A program made the translations under genes and the position numbers. A stretch of DNA of 64,000 nucleotides, taken from the NCBI GenBank assembly GCA_965277285.1, contig OZ255721.1, forward strand, positions 2,816,001 to 2,880,000, read 5' to 3'. Shown here one piece after another: positions 21,566 through 30,900 of this stretch. Positions within the stretch are counted from its first letter, which is position 1. Each line of letters starts with the position of its first letter. The notes under the pieces were generated by a model. That model ran no database searches. It saw nothing but the letters and a program-made list of their open reading frames with translations, and was not told the origin of the DNA. Source of the stretch: Abditibacteriaceae bacterium. GTDB lineage: Bacteria > Armatimonadota > Abditibacteriia > Abditibacteriales > Abditibacteriaceae.

Positions 21566-24280
21566 ATGAAACTTTTGCTTGTTGATGGTTATTCGTTGTT
21601 GTATCGCGCGTTTTTTTCCAGTCCGCCGCTGACGACGCGCGAAGGGCAGCCAACCGGTGCGCTTTATGGTTTCGTGCGAATGCTCTTGCGCTTGCTCGAT
21701 GAAAACGAGCCGGAATACGCGCTGGTCGCGCTGGATGCCAGCGGCCCGACCTTTCGCCACGATTCGTTCGCCGATTACAAAGCGAATCGCTCAGCTGCAC
21801 CCGACGACCTTAAAATACAATCGAAATTGGCGCGCGATCTCTTGGACGGGCTTTCGATTGCACGCTACGAGCATCAGGGTTTTGAAGGCGATGACGTACT
21901 GGGAACGCTCGCGCGCATCGGAACCGAGCGCGGTTTGGACGTGACGATTGTGACCGGTGACGGCGACGCGTTGCAGTTGGTCAGCGAACACGTCAGCGTG
22001 ATGTTGACGCGGCGCGGCGTTTCGGAACTGGATTGTTTCACGCCCGAAGCGGTGCAGGCGAAATATCAGTTTGAGCCGAAACTTTTGCCCGACTACAAAG
22101 GTTTGCGCGGCGATACGTCCGATAACATTCCTGGCGTTCCGGGCATCGGCGACAAAACCGCGATCAACTTGATCAGCAAATATGGCGCGCTGGAAAATAT
22201 CTACGAACACTTGAGCGAAGTGACGCCGCCGCGCATCGGAAAACTGCTGGAAGAACACCGCGACGCGGCTTTTCAGTCGCGCGAACTGGCGCGCATCGTT
22301 TGCGATTTGCCGCTCGATTATAGTTTCGATTCGTGCAAGTTCAACACGAAATTAGAAGACGAACAACGCGAAACTGCGCTCGCAACGGTGCGACTGTTCG
22401 AGTTCAAAAGCCTGATTGCGCGCTATGCGAAACGTGACGGAAGCGCATCTGACCAAGTTGAAGAAACTGAAGCGACAACGCTCGAAACGCGCGAGCCGAA
22501 GATTTTGCGCGCCACCAATTGGAGCGAAGTTGAAAGCTGGCTGCAAGCGCAATCGAGTACTCGAATCGCGTTTATGACGACCGAAACCGGTTGCGCGTTG
22601 GGCAGCGACGACCAAGCGTTGCTGTTCAACGGCGATGTTTCAGAACGGAAATCGTGGTTGCAAGATGCGTCGAAAGAAAAGATCGTCCACGACGCAAAAA
22701 CCTTGAAATTGGAAATGTGCCGCCGCGATATTTCTTTGGAAGGCGTGTCGGACGACGCGCTTTTAATGGGTTATTTGCTCGATCCGACGCGGCAAAATCA
22801 TCCTCTGGCGCATCTGGCGGAAAAATATCTGGGACGCGCTTTTCCCGTTATCGAACCGATTTCGACCAAGAAAAGCAAAGCCGCCGCGTCCTTATTTGAG
22901 GAAGAATCGAGTACTCGAACGCCGGAAGACGAGGCGCGCGAAGCTGCTCAAGAACAGCTTTTGGCGAACGAAGTTTGCGCGTTGTTCGATTTGCGATTGG
23001 CGTTGCGTGCGGCGTTGGAAAGCATCGACGAAGAGAAACTTTTCGACGAATTGGAACTGCCTTTGGTGAATGTCTTGGTTTCGATGGAGCAGAGCGGAAT
23101 GTTGCTCGATGTCGCACAATTGCGCATTTTGGGCGAAAAACTTCAGGTCGATGCGCAGCGCTTGCAAAGCGAAATCTGGCAACTGGCGGGCGAAGAGTTC
23201 AACATCGGATCGACCAAGCAATTGCAAGTCGTGTTGTTTGAAAAGCTCGGTTTGTCCAAAGGCCGGACGACAAAAACCGGCTATTCGACTGATGTTCACA
23301 CGCTGGAGCGCCTGGCCGAAGACCACGAAATCGTGCGCAAAATCCTCGATTATCGCGGCACGACCAAGCTGCAGGTGACGTATGTCGAAGCCTTGCTCAA
23401 AGGCATGGATGAGAAAGCGCATCGCATTCACACCAATCTCAATCAGACTGGCGCGGTTTCCGGTCGGCTTTCTTCGAGCGATCCGAACCTGCAAAACATC
23501 CCGATTCGCACTGAGCAAGGCCGCCTGATTCGCAAAGCCTTTATCGCGCCGGAAGGACACGTTCTGATGGCGGCGGATTATTCGCAAATCGAACTGCGCA
23601 TTCTGGCGCACATCACGAACGATGCGCCGCTGGTGGAAGCGTTTCGCAGCGGCCAGGATGTTCACGCGCGCACAGCAGCCGATTTATTCAACGTGAAGGT
23701 TGAAGATGTGGACAGCGAAATGCGTCGCAAAGCGAAAATGACCAACTACGCGATTGCTTACGGCGTGTCGGGTTTCGGGCTGGCGAAGCAGTTGGGAACT
23801 GGTAACGCGGGCGAAGCGCAAGAGTTTATCAAGCGTTATTTTGAGGCGTTGCCCGGCGTGAAGTCTTATTTCGATGAGACTTTGCGCGGCGCGCGCGAAC
23901 GCGGTTACGTCGAAACTTTGATGGGACGCCGCCGACCTTTGCCAGAAATCACGTCTCCGCGCGCCGTTGAACGCGCCGCAGCCGAACGCACTGCCGTCAA
24001 TCATCCGATTCAGGGAACATCCGCCGACATTATGAAAATCGCCATGCTGTCGATTGACAAAGCCTTGCGCGAAAGCGATTTGAGTACTCGAATGACGATG
24101 CAAGTGCATGACGAACTGGTTTTTGAAGTGCCACAAAACGAAATCGAAACCGTGGCGAAACTCGTCGAAACCCACATGCGCGACGTTCCAACCAAAGCGT
24201 TAAATCTCAGCGTGCCGCTGGAAGTCGAAGTCGAAATCGGCCCCAACTGGAACGATACACACGCAATTGGCGAGAGTTGA
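21566..24280 (+). CDS. polA: DNA polymerase I
   Basis: LLLVDGYSLLYRAF, GDTSDNIPGVPGIG, RLSSSDPNLQNIP, ADYSQIELR, QVHDEL. Confidence 0.98.
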   Translation: MKLLLVDGYSLLYRAFFSSPPLTTREGQPTGALYGFVRMLLRLLDENEPEYALVALDASGPTFRHDSFADYKANRSAAPDDLKIQSKLARDLLDGLSIARYEHQGFEGDDVLGTLARIGTERGLDVTIVTGDGDALQLVSEHVSVMLTRRGVSELDCFTPEAVQAKYQFEPKLLPDYKGLRGDTSDNIPGVPGIGDKTAINLISKYGALENIYEHLSEVTPPRIGKLLEEHRDAAFQSRELARIVCDLPLDYSFDSCKFNTKLEDEQRETALATVRLFEFKSLIARYAKRDGSASDQVEETEATTLETREPKILRATNWSEVESWLQAQSSTRIAFMTTETGCALGSDDQALLFNGDVSERKSWLQDASKEKIVHDAKTLKLEMCRRDISLEGVSDDALLMGYLLDPTRQNHPLAHLAEKYLGRAFPVIEPISTKKSKAAASLFEEESSTRTPEDEAREAAQEQLLANEVCALFDLRLALRAALESIDEEKLFDELELPLVNVLVSMEQSGMLLDVAQLRILGEKLQVDAQRLQSEIWQLAGEEFNIGSTKQLQVVLFEKLGLSKGRTTKTGYSTDVHTLERLAEDHEIVRKILDYRGTTKLQVTYVEALLKGMDEKAHRIHTNLNQTGAVSGRLSSSDPNLQNIPIRTEQGRLIRKAFIAPEGHVLMAADYSQIELRILAHITNDAPLVEAFRSGQDVHARTAADLFNVKVEDVDSEMRRKAKMTNYAIAYGVSGFGLAKQLGTGNAGEAQEFIKRYFEALPGVKSYFDETLRGARERGYVETLMGRRRPLPEITSPRAVERAAAERTAVNHPIQGTSADIMKIAMLSIDKALRESDLSTRMTMQVHDELVFEVPQNEIETVAKLVETHMRDVPTKALNLSVPLEVEVEIGPNWNDTHAIGES

Positions 24281-24303
24281 TTGGTTGCGGAAGTCTCGAT
24301 ATT

Positions 24304-24371
24304 TCGTAGGGACGCCATCTTGCTGCGTCCACACAACACAAAACGGACGCAGCAAGATGGCGTCCCTACGA
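24304..24371. repeat. GTAG-type REP doublet (GTAGGGACGCCATCTTGCTGCGTCC)
   Basis: Perfect inverted arms of about 27 bp. Confidence 0.8.
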
Positions 24372-24746
24372 GAAGCGCCGACGATTGAGAACCGAAAAGC
24401 CCATCGAGTACTTGAATTTTTGCGGGCAATTATTCTGGATTTTTCCTTGCACGAAGCGGTTTCGTTTGTTATCATTCGATAGGTTTTCTCCCCGCATCGT
24501 CCAATTGCAGTTCACGAGAGCGCTTTGTCAGTGCAACCTTTTTCGGTTTGCGACTTTCGAGCGGCGTGTTGGTGTCAAAGGTCGCTGGGGAACCTTTCGT
24601 ATCCGAAATTATCACATTTCGGCGCTACGGCTGAGACAAAACACACTACTTGAAAGAACGCGCACCCGCCAGAACGGGCAAGTCGAGTACTCGAAAACGA
24701 GGGAAATCTCGAACGAGGAAGCGATGGCGCGTTGAGGAGATTTGCC

Positions 24747-26537
24747 GTGGACAACACCACACCGAACACCGAAAGCAGCGTCGCTAATAACGCTACGACC
24801 AATGACATTGCGGCGGGCACTGCGTCTGCCGATATTGCGTCTGCCGCGACGCATTCCGCGCCAGCAACTGAAACACGCGTGGATGATACGCCAACAAGCG
24901 GCGCTAACGAAACACCGCAAAATGGCGTTCCGCAAAGCGACGCGCCGCAAAGCGATGTTCAGCCCGACAGCCGCGACGCCTTAGCTGCAACGACGGACGC
25001 TGCATCTGCGAACGCGACGACTCCGGTCGCCGAAACGCAGGAATCGCCTACTCAGCCACAGATTTCTGAAGCGTTGGCGGCAGAAGCTCCGGCAGAAGCG
25101 CAGCACGAAATTGCGGCTTCCGCTCCGGTGGAAACTCCGGTTGCACCTGAAGCATCGACTGCGCCCGAGGCAGCGCCCAATGCGCAAAGCGAACCGGCAC
25201 GTTCGAACAAGCCGCTTTCGATGGCGCAAGTCATGGAATCGGACGAGTTCAGCTCGTATATGAGCGGCGTCGATGCGTTGCAGCGTGGCGCTTTGATGCC
25301 GGGAACGGTGGTTCGCGTGGATGAAAACACGGGCGAAGTTCTGGTTGACATCGGCGCCAAAAGCGAAGGTATTATCGCGCGCAATGAAGTCGGCGATGAG
25401 CCTGTCAATGTCGGCGACGAAATCGAAGTCGTCGTGTTGCGCCCCGAAGATGACGAAGGTCATCCCGTCGTCTCGAAGCGTCGCGCCGATTACGAGAAAA
25501 CCTGGCGCGTTATTCAGCAGGCGAAAGATAAGAACACCGACATCGAAGGTTTGGTGCGCGAGCAGGTCAAAGGCGGCCTGATCGTTGATCTGGGTGTTCC
25601 GGCTTTTGTTCCGGCGTCTCATGTCGATACGCGCAACCGCAGCGACTTGAGCCGTTTCGTTGGTCGCACGATTCCCTTGCGCGTCATTGAAATTGATCGC
25701 AAGCGCAACAAGGTTATTGGTTCGCATCGTTTAGCGGTGCAGGAAGACCGCGAAAAGCGCGAAGCCGATGCGTGGGCTGGTTTGCAAAAAGACAAGATCG
25801 TTGAAGGCGTGGTGCGCCGCATCACGGACTTTGGCGCGTTCGTTGACATCGGCGGTATTGACGGCTTGTTGCACGTCCGCGAAATGGGTTGGAGCCGCGT
25901 TGAGCATCCCGACAGCGTTGTGAAAAAAGGCCAGAAGATTCAGGTCTTGATTCTCGACATCGACGAGGAGCGCAAGCGCGTTGCCCTCGGTTTGAAACAG
26001 TTGCAAAGCGATCCGTGGAAGAAGGCGGCCAAGAATTATCGCGTCGGCCAGACTGTGACTGGCAAAGTCGTGCGTTTGGCTCCGAGCGTCGCGTTTGTCG
26101 AACTGGAAGATGGCGTTGAAGGTATTATTCCGGTGGGCGAAATCAGCGAAACGCGCATCAACGAGCCGGGCGATGTCTTGACGGTCGGGCAGCAAGTCGA
26201 AGCGCGCATCAAGCAGATTCAAACCAATCAGCGCCGCATTTCGTTGAGCCTGAAAGCTGCTGTGCAAGAGCGCGAAGTCCGTGAAGTTCGCACGCAGGTG
26301 CGCGAAGTCAATCAACGCGCGACTGGTGGCGGTGGAGCAAGCGGCGATGATGGCGGAGCCTTGCGTTTGGGCGATGTCTTCGGTCAGCAGTTGCGCGCTG
26401 CACGCGATCGTGGCAAAGAGCGCAACGAAGCGCGTAGCGAAGCCCGCGCCCGTGCCATGCAAGCCGCTGAAGAAGAAGAAGAAGACTTTGAAGACGTTGA
26501 TGCCGTTGAGGTCGCTGACGATACCGAAGAAGCTTAA
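24747..26537 (+). CDS. rpsA: 30S ribosomal protein S1 with long acidic A/P/T-rich N-terminal extension
   Basis: Four S1 domains (VDIGAKSEG, DFGAFVDIGGIDGLLH, VELEDGVEG); GAGGAG RBS before GTG 24747. Confidence 0.92.
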   Translation: MDNTTPNTESSVANNATTNDIAAGTASADIASAATHSAPATETRVDDTPTSGANETPQNGVPQSDAPQSDVQPDSRDALAATTDAASANATTPVAETQESPTQPQISEALAAEAPAEAQHEIAASAPVETPVAPEASTAPEAAPNAQSEPARSNKPLSMAQVMESDEFSSYMSGVDALQRGALMPGTVVRVDENTGEVLVDIGAKSEGIIARNEVGDEPVNVGDEIEVVVLRPEDDEGHPVVSKRRADYEKTWRVIQQAKDKNTDIEGLVREQVKGGLIVDLGVPAFVPASHVDTRNRSDLSRFVGRTIPLRVIEIDRKRNKVIGSHRLAVQEDREKREADAWAGLQKDKIVEGVVRRITDFGAFVDIGGIDGLLHVREMGWSRVEHPDSVVKKGQKIQVLILDIDEERKRVALGLKQLQSDPWKKAAKNYRVGQTVTGKVVRLAPSVAFVELEDGVEGIIPVGEISETRINEPGDVLTVGQQVEARIKQIQTNQRRISLSLKAAVQEREVREVRTQVREVNQRATGGGGASGDDGGALRLGDVFGQQLRAARDRGKERNEARSEARARAMQAAEEEEEDFEDVDAVEVADDTEEA

Positions 26538-26556
26538 TCGAGTACTCGATTGCCAT

Positions 26557-26591
26557 AAAAAGCGCACCGCGAAGTTTGCGGTGCGCTTTTT
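26557..26591 (+). terminator. Intrinsic terminator after rpsA, preceded by the palindrome
   Basis: AAAAAGCGCACCGC-GAAGTTT-GCGGTGCGCTTTTT. Confidence 0.8.
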
Positions 26592-26668
26592 CGTTTCACG
26601 GGACAACGCTATTGGGCATATCAAAGGAGATGTTGTTTTCTCGATGCTTGAAGTTTGTCAACCCGTTC

Positions 26669-26741
26669 AACGAATCCCAAGCGTAAGCGCGGGGCTGACG
26701 TGGCTGTCATTTCAGCCCCGCGCTTACGCTTGGGATTCGTT
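26669..26741. repeat. REP-like inverted repeat, family A
   Basis: Arms nearly identical to those at 1647-1717. Confidence 0.85.
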
Positions 26742-26855
26742 AAAAGTTACTTCCCATTTTTCTGATTATTCGTGTTTGTGCGGCCAAACCTTTTATGCCG
26801 CTATAATTGAATTGGTAATGCGAGCGCGTCCGCGCTTTTCCTGTGAGTTGGACTT

Positions 26856-29465
26856 ATGGCTTCTTCCGACAACATCGCGCCCCAAATTGACGCGACTTCA
26901 AACGATAATGCAAACATCAACGGCGCAATCGACTCGATTCCGTTCGAGCATTTTGCCGAAGTGGGCGAATCCAGTACTCAATTCGACACCTCGTTGTCTG
27001 ACAACGCGACGCAAAACGGCGCATCCCAAACTGGTGAGTCACGAAACGGGACGCCGCTAAATGGTGCAACGACGCAAAGTGCGCAACTTTCGTCGGGCGA
27101 GATTGATCGCAAAAACGATTCGCCAGATGAAGTCGCGCGAGCACAAGTGCGCGCTTTAATCGAACACACGCGGCGCTCGCGCCCGACTTCCGACGCCGAT
27201 TTGCTGGAGCGCGCCTACGCGTTTGCGCACGCCGCGCACGAAGGCCAATTTCGTCGGACGGGCGAACCTTACATCGAACATCCGATTGCCGTCGCGGGGA
27301 TTTTGGCCGAGCTGGGCATGGACGACCCGACGCTAGCCGCCGGTTTATTGCACGATGTGGTCGAAGATTGCGGCATCTCCTTTGAAGAAATGGCGCAACG
27401 TTTCGGGATGGAAGTCGCGCAACTCGTCGATGGCGTAACCAAATTGAAGCGCATCGATTTCTCGAGCAAGCAGGAAAAACAGGCTGAAAACCTGCGCAAA
27501 CTGTTTCTGGCGATGGCGGGCGATGTGCGCGTCATCATCATCAAGTTGGCGGACAGGCTGCACAATATGCGTACGTTGGATCCGTTTCCCGAGCAGCGTC
27601 GCCGCGAAATCGCCTCTGAGACGTTGCAGATTTTGGCGCCGATTGCGCATCGTTTGGGAATCTGGCGCATCAAGTGGGAATTGGAAGATCGCTCGTTCAA
27701 ATACCTCGAGCCGGAAATTTATAAGCAGATTTACGCTCTGGTTCAGCGCACGCGCGACGAACGTTCCCTGATGGTGCAAACCGCCATTGAAACGCTGAGC
27801 GAGCGCTTGAAAGCCGAAGGCATTCCCGCCGAAATCAATGGGCGACCGAAGCATTTTTATTCGATTTACCAGAAAATGCTGAAGCAAGGTTTGAAGTTCG
27901 ATCAGTTGCACGACTTGATCGCGTTGCGCATCATTTGCCCGACCGAAGGCGATTGTTATCATGCGCTGGGCGTGGTTCACAATTTGTGGTTGCCAGTGCC
28001 GGAAATGTTCGCCGATTACATCGCCAAGCCCAAACCGAACAATTATCAATCGTTGCACACCAAAGTGCTGGGGCCGACGGGCGACCCGATTGAAGTGCAG
28101 ATTCGCACGCGCGAAATGCACCGCGACGCCGAATTTGGCATCGCCGCGCACTGGCGCTATAAGGAAGAAGGCGACAGCGAAGGCAAAACTTCCAGCGCCA
28201 AATCATCGAGCGCGAAGCCGTCCAACGCGAAGCCGTCCAACGGTAAGCAATCCAGTGGCGGAGCGGACAATTTCGGTTCCAAATTGAAGTGGCTGCGCAT
28301 GGTGCTCGAGCTGCAAAGCGACACGCAGGACGACGCGCAAAGTTTTCTGGATTCGCTCAAGCTCGACTTGTACAACGACCAGATTTTCGCGTTTACACCG
28401 CGTGCCGATGTCATTTATTTGCCGCAGGATTCGACGCCGGTCGACTTCGCGTATCGCGTGCATTCGGACATCGGCAGCAGTTGCGTTGGCGCCAAAGTGA
28501 ACGGGCGCATCGTGCCGCTCGATTACAAATTGCATAACGGCGACATCTGCGAAATCGTGACTTCAAAGCGCGCTGGAACTGGCCCCAAACGTGGATGGCT
28601 CGATTTCGTCGTCACGCCGCACGCCAAAAACCGCATCAAAGCGCATCTGCGCAAGCAGAACGTCGAAGAAAATACGCGTGAAGGCTTGGATCGCTTGGAG
28701 AAAGCCGCGCAAAGCGAACGCTTGAAGCTGGGTAAAATCGCTGACAACGAAAGCCTGCTGCAAGTCGCGCGCAACCTCAATTTCAAAAGCGTCGATGATT
28801 TGTTGGCCGCCATTGGCTATGGCGAATATACGGCGGAAAACATTTTGCGTCGCGTGCGCAATCTGGGCGGCGCCAAGGGCGAAGGCGAAACCGATTCTCT
28901 GTCGGCGGTGGCGAACGCATTGCTGGCGCGCAAGGTGAAGACGCGCCCCAACAGCAACGAAACCGAATTGCCGCCGGGCAGCCTTCAATTGGGCGATCCG
29001 CAAGACGGTGAAAGCGAAACTGATCGCGCACGCCGCAATCGAGTACTCGATGATGTGTTGTTCACGCTCGCCAAATGTTGCGCGCCACTGCCAGGAGATC
29101 CAGTTCGCGGCTACGTCACGCGTGGTCGTGGCGTCACGGTTCACCGCGAAGAATGCCCGAACCTGGCGCATTACGAAGCGCGCGAACCCGGGCGCATCAT
29201 CAACGCGCAATGGCGCGGCGACGGACAAAAAGCGTATCGCGCTCTGGTCGCCATCGAGTCGCGCGACCGCGTTGGGCTTCTCCACGATGTCACCAGCGTT
29301 TTCTCGGAAAGCCACGTCAACATTCACGCCGTCAACACCTATCCTCTGAAAGATTCGCGCGCGCGCTTGAACATCGCTATTACCATCACTGATGTCGAGC
29401 AACTCAACGCGCTGATGGTGAAGTTGCGCTCCGTCGAAGGCGTGACAGAAGTGCATCGCGTGTGA
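26856..29465 (+). CDS. relA: Bifunctional (p)ppGpp synthetase/hydrolase (Rel/SpoT)
   Basis: LLHDVVED, KLADRLHNMRTL, NNYQSLHT, EVQIRT, AAHWRYK, TGS and ACT domains. Confidence 0.95.
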   Translation: MASSDNIAPQIDATSNDNANINGAIDSIPFEHFAEVGESSTQFDTSLSDNATQNGASQTGESRNGTPLNGATTQSAQLSSGEIDRKNDSPDEVARAQVRALIEHTRRSRPTSDADLLERAYAFAHAAHEGQFRRTGEPYIEHPIAVAGILAELGMDDPTLAAGLLHDVVEDCGISFEEMAQRFGMEVAQLVDGVTKLKRIDFSSKQEKQAENLRKLFLAMAGDVRVIIIKLADRLHNMRTLDPFPEQRRREIASETLQILAPIAHRLGIWRIKWELEDRSFKYLEPEIYKQIYALVQRTRDERSLMVQTAIETLSERLKAEGIPAEINGRPKHFYSIYQKMLKQGLKFDQLHDLIALRIICPTEGDCYHALGVVHNLWLPVPEMFADYIAKPKPNNYQSLHTKVLGPTGDPIEVQIRTREMHRDAEFGIAAHWRYKEEGDSEGKTSSAKSSSAKPSNAKPSNGKQSSGGADNFGSKLKWLRMVLELQSDTQDDAQSFLDSLKLDLYNDQIFAFTPRADVIYLPQDSTPVDFAYRVHSDIGSSCVGAKVNGRIVPLDYKLHNGDICEIVTSKRAGTGPKRGWLDFVVTPHAKNRIKAHLRKQNVEENTREGLDRLEKAAQSERLKLGKIADNESLLQVARNLNFKSVDDLLAAIGYGEYTAENILRRVRNLGGAKGEGETDSLSAVANALLARKVKTRPNSNETELPPGSLQLGDPQDGESETDRARRNRVLDDVLFTLAKCCAPLPGDPVRGYVTRGRGVTVHREECPNLAHYEAREPGRIINAQWRGDGQKAYRALVAIESRDRVGLLHDVTSVFSESHVNIHAVNTYPLKDSRARLNIAITITDVEQLNALMVKLRSVEGVTEVHRV

Positions 29466-29527
29466 CTTCGAGTACTCGATTGTATTTCAGGGCGACTTTC
29501 AGCAACATTTCAACGAACGTAGGGATC

Positions 29528-30697
29528 ATGAAGAAAAGAAACTTTGCTGTGGTGGCAACGGCGTTGCTGGCCACTTTCAGGATAGTTCTTCAGGCTCATG
29601 GACAGTGTGCAACGACTCCCGCCCGTGTGACTGCATCAAAGACAGCGACGATTGAGTGGCAACCGCAAACGCTGAGGCTGGTTCAGGAAGGCGGTCATTA
29701 TGGGCGTCTTCATCGTCTGCGAAATGGCGATTTGCTGTGCGTTTACGCGTCCGATGGCGTGTTGGTGCGACGCAGCCGCGACGATGGAAAAACCTGGCAA
29801 AAACCGGTTGAAGTGGCGCGCTGGCCTTATGGAAACCTGGCCAACGCCGAATTATTGACATTGCGCGATGGCACCGTACTTTGTTTTATGAATCAGAGGC
29901 CGCGACCTCTTTCCAGCGATAAAGTCGGCGACACGCCGCATCCATTTGCTATCGTCGTATCGCGCAGCCGTGACAACGGTCAAAGCTGGGGCGCCTCCAG
30001 AACGCTGTACAACGCCGACATTATTTCTGCTAACGGTTGCTGGGAACCGACGGCTGTCCAACTGCCATCGGGCGAAGTGCAATTGTTTTTCGCCAACGAA
30101 AACCCTTACTGCAGCAGCGACGAGCAGGAAATTACGCTGCTGCGCTCGTTTGATAGCGCGCGCACCTGGAGCGCACCGCAAACCGCGAGTTTTCGTGCCG
30201 GTTCGCGCGATGGAATGCCGGTTCCACTGGTTTTGCGCAAGGGGCGCGGCATCGTTGTCGCCATCGAAGACAACGGGCTGAGCGGAACCTTCAAGCCAGT
30301 CATTATCTCCACTTCGATGACGGATAGCTGGCGTTCTGGCGCCGTCGATGGAAAAAGTGCGCATCGTTGGAGCGCTCTGCAAACGCCGCTGGCTCCGCAG
30401 GTTTATGCTGGCGCGCCCTATTTGCGGCAAATGCCGTCGGGTCAAACAATTTTGGCTTTTCAACAAAGCGACGACGGCGACATTGATCACGCGCGCGTTG
30501 TGGTCGGCGTCGGCGATGGATGGGCGCGCAACTTTGCAGGCGCATCGTTTCCGTTTCCACAACAATCGGGCACGCGCCAACTCTGGCCTGCGCTTTTTGT
30601 CAAGAACAAACGAACCCTCACGGTTCTGTGCGAAACCCGCATCAACGGGCATTTCGGAGTTTGGAGCATTGATGGCGAGTTAAAAACGGGAAATTGA
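29528..30697 (+). CDS. Secreted BNR/Asp-box beta-propeller (sialidase family)
   Basis: Asp-boxes SRDDGKTW, SRDNGQSW, SFDSARTW; signal peptide. Confidence 0.8.
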   Translation: MKKRNFAVVATALLATFRIVLQAHGQCATTPARVTASKTATIEWQPQTLRLVQEGGHYGRLHRLRNGDLLCVYASDGVLVRRSRDDGKTWQKPVEVARWPYGNLANAELLTLRDGTVLCFMNQRPRPLSSDKVGDTPHPFAIVVSRSRDNGQSWGASRTLYNADIISANGCWEPTAVQLPSGEVQLFFANENPYCSSDEQEITLLRSFDSARTWSAPQTASFRAGSRDGMPVPLVLRKGRGIVVAIEDNGLSGTFKPVIISTSMTDSWRSGAVDGKSAHRWSALQTPLAPQVYAGAPYLRQMPSGQTILAFQQSDDGDIDHARVVVGVGDGWARNFAGASFPFPQQSGTRQLWPALFVKNKRTLTVLCETRINGHFGVWSIDGELKTGN

Positions 30698-30786
30698 CTC
30701 GCAATGACGATGAAAATCCCGTGAGTTGATATGAGTGGCGCTTGCTGGAAGCCATCTCATAAATACAACAAAAATCTCGAAGCTAT

Positions 30787-30860
30787 CAGTTTGTCATTCT
30801 GAGCGCAGCGAAGAATCTACCTGTAATTAGATTCTTCGCTGTGCTCAGAATGACAAACTG
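30787..30860. repeat. Inverted repeat, family C (TGTCATTCTGAGCGCAGCGAAGAATCT)
   Basis: Two inverted arms between convergent genes; the same unit occurs at 53610. Confidence 0.85.
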
Positions 30861-30900
30861 GTAATTTGATGTGGAACTTATTTGTAAGAAGACTTGTAGA

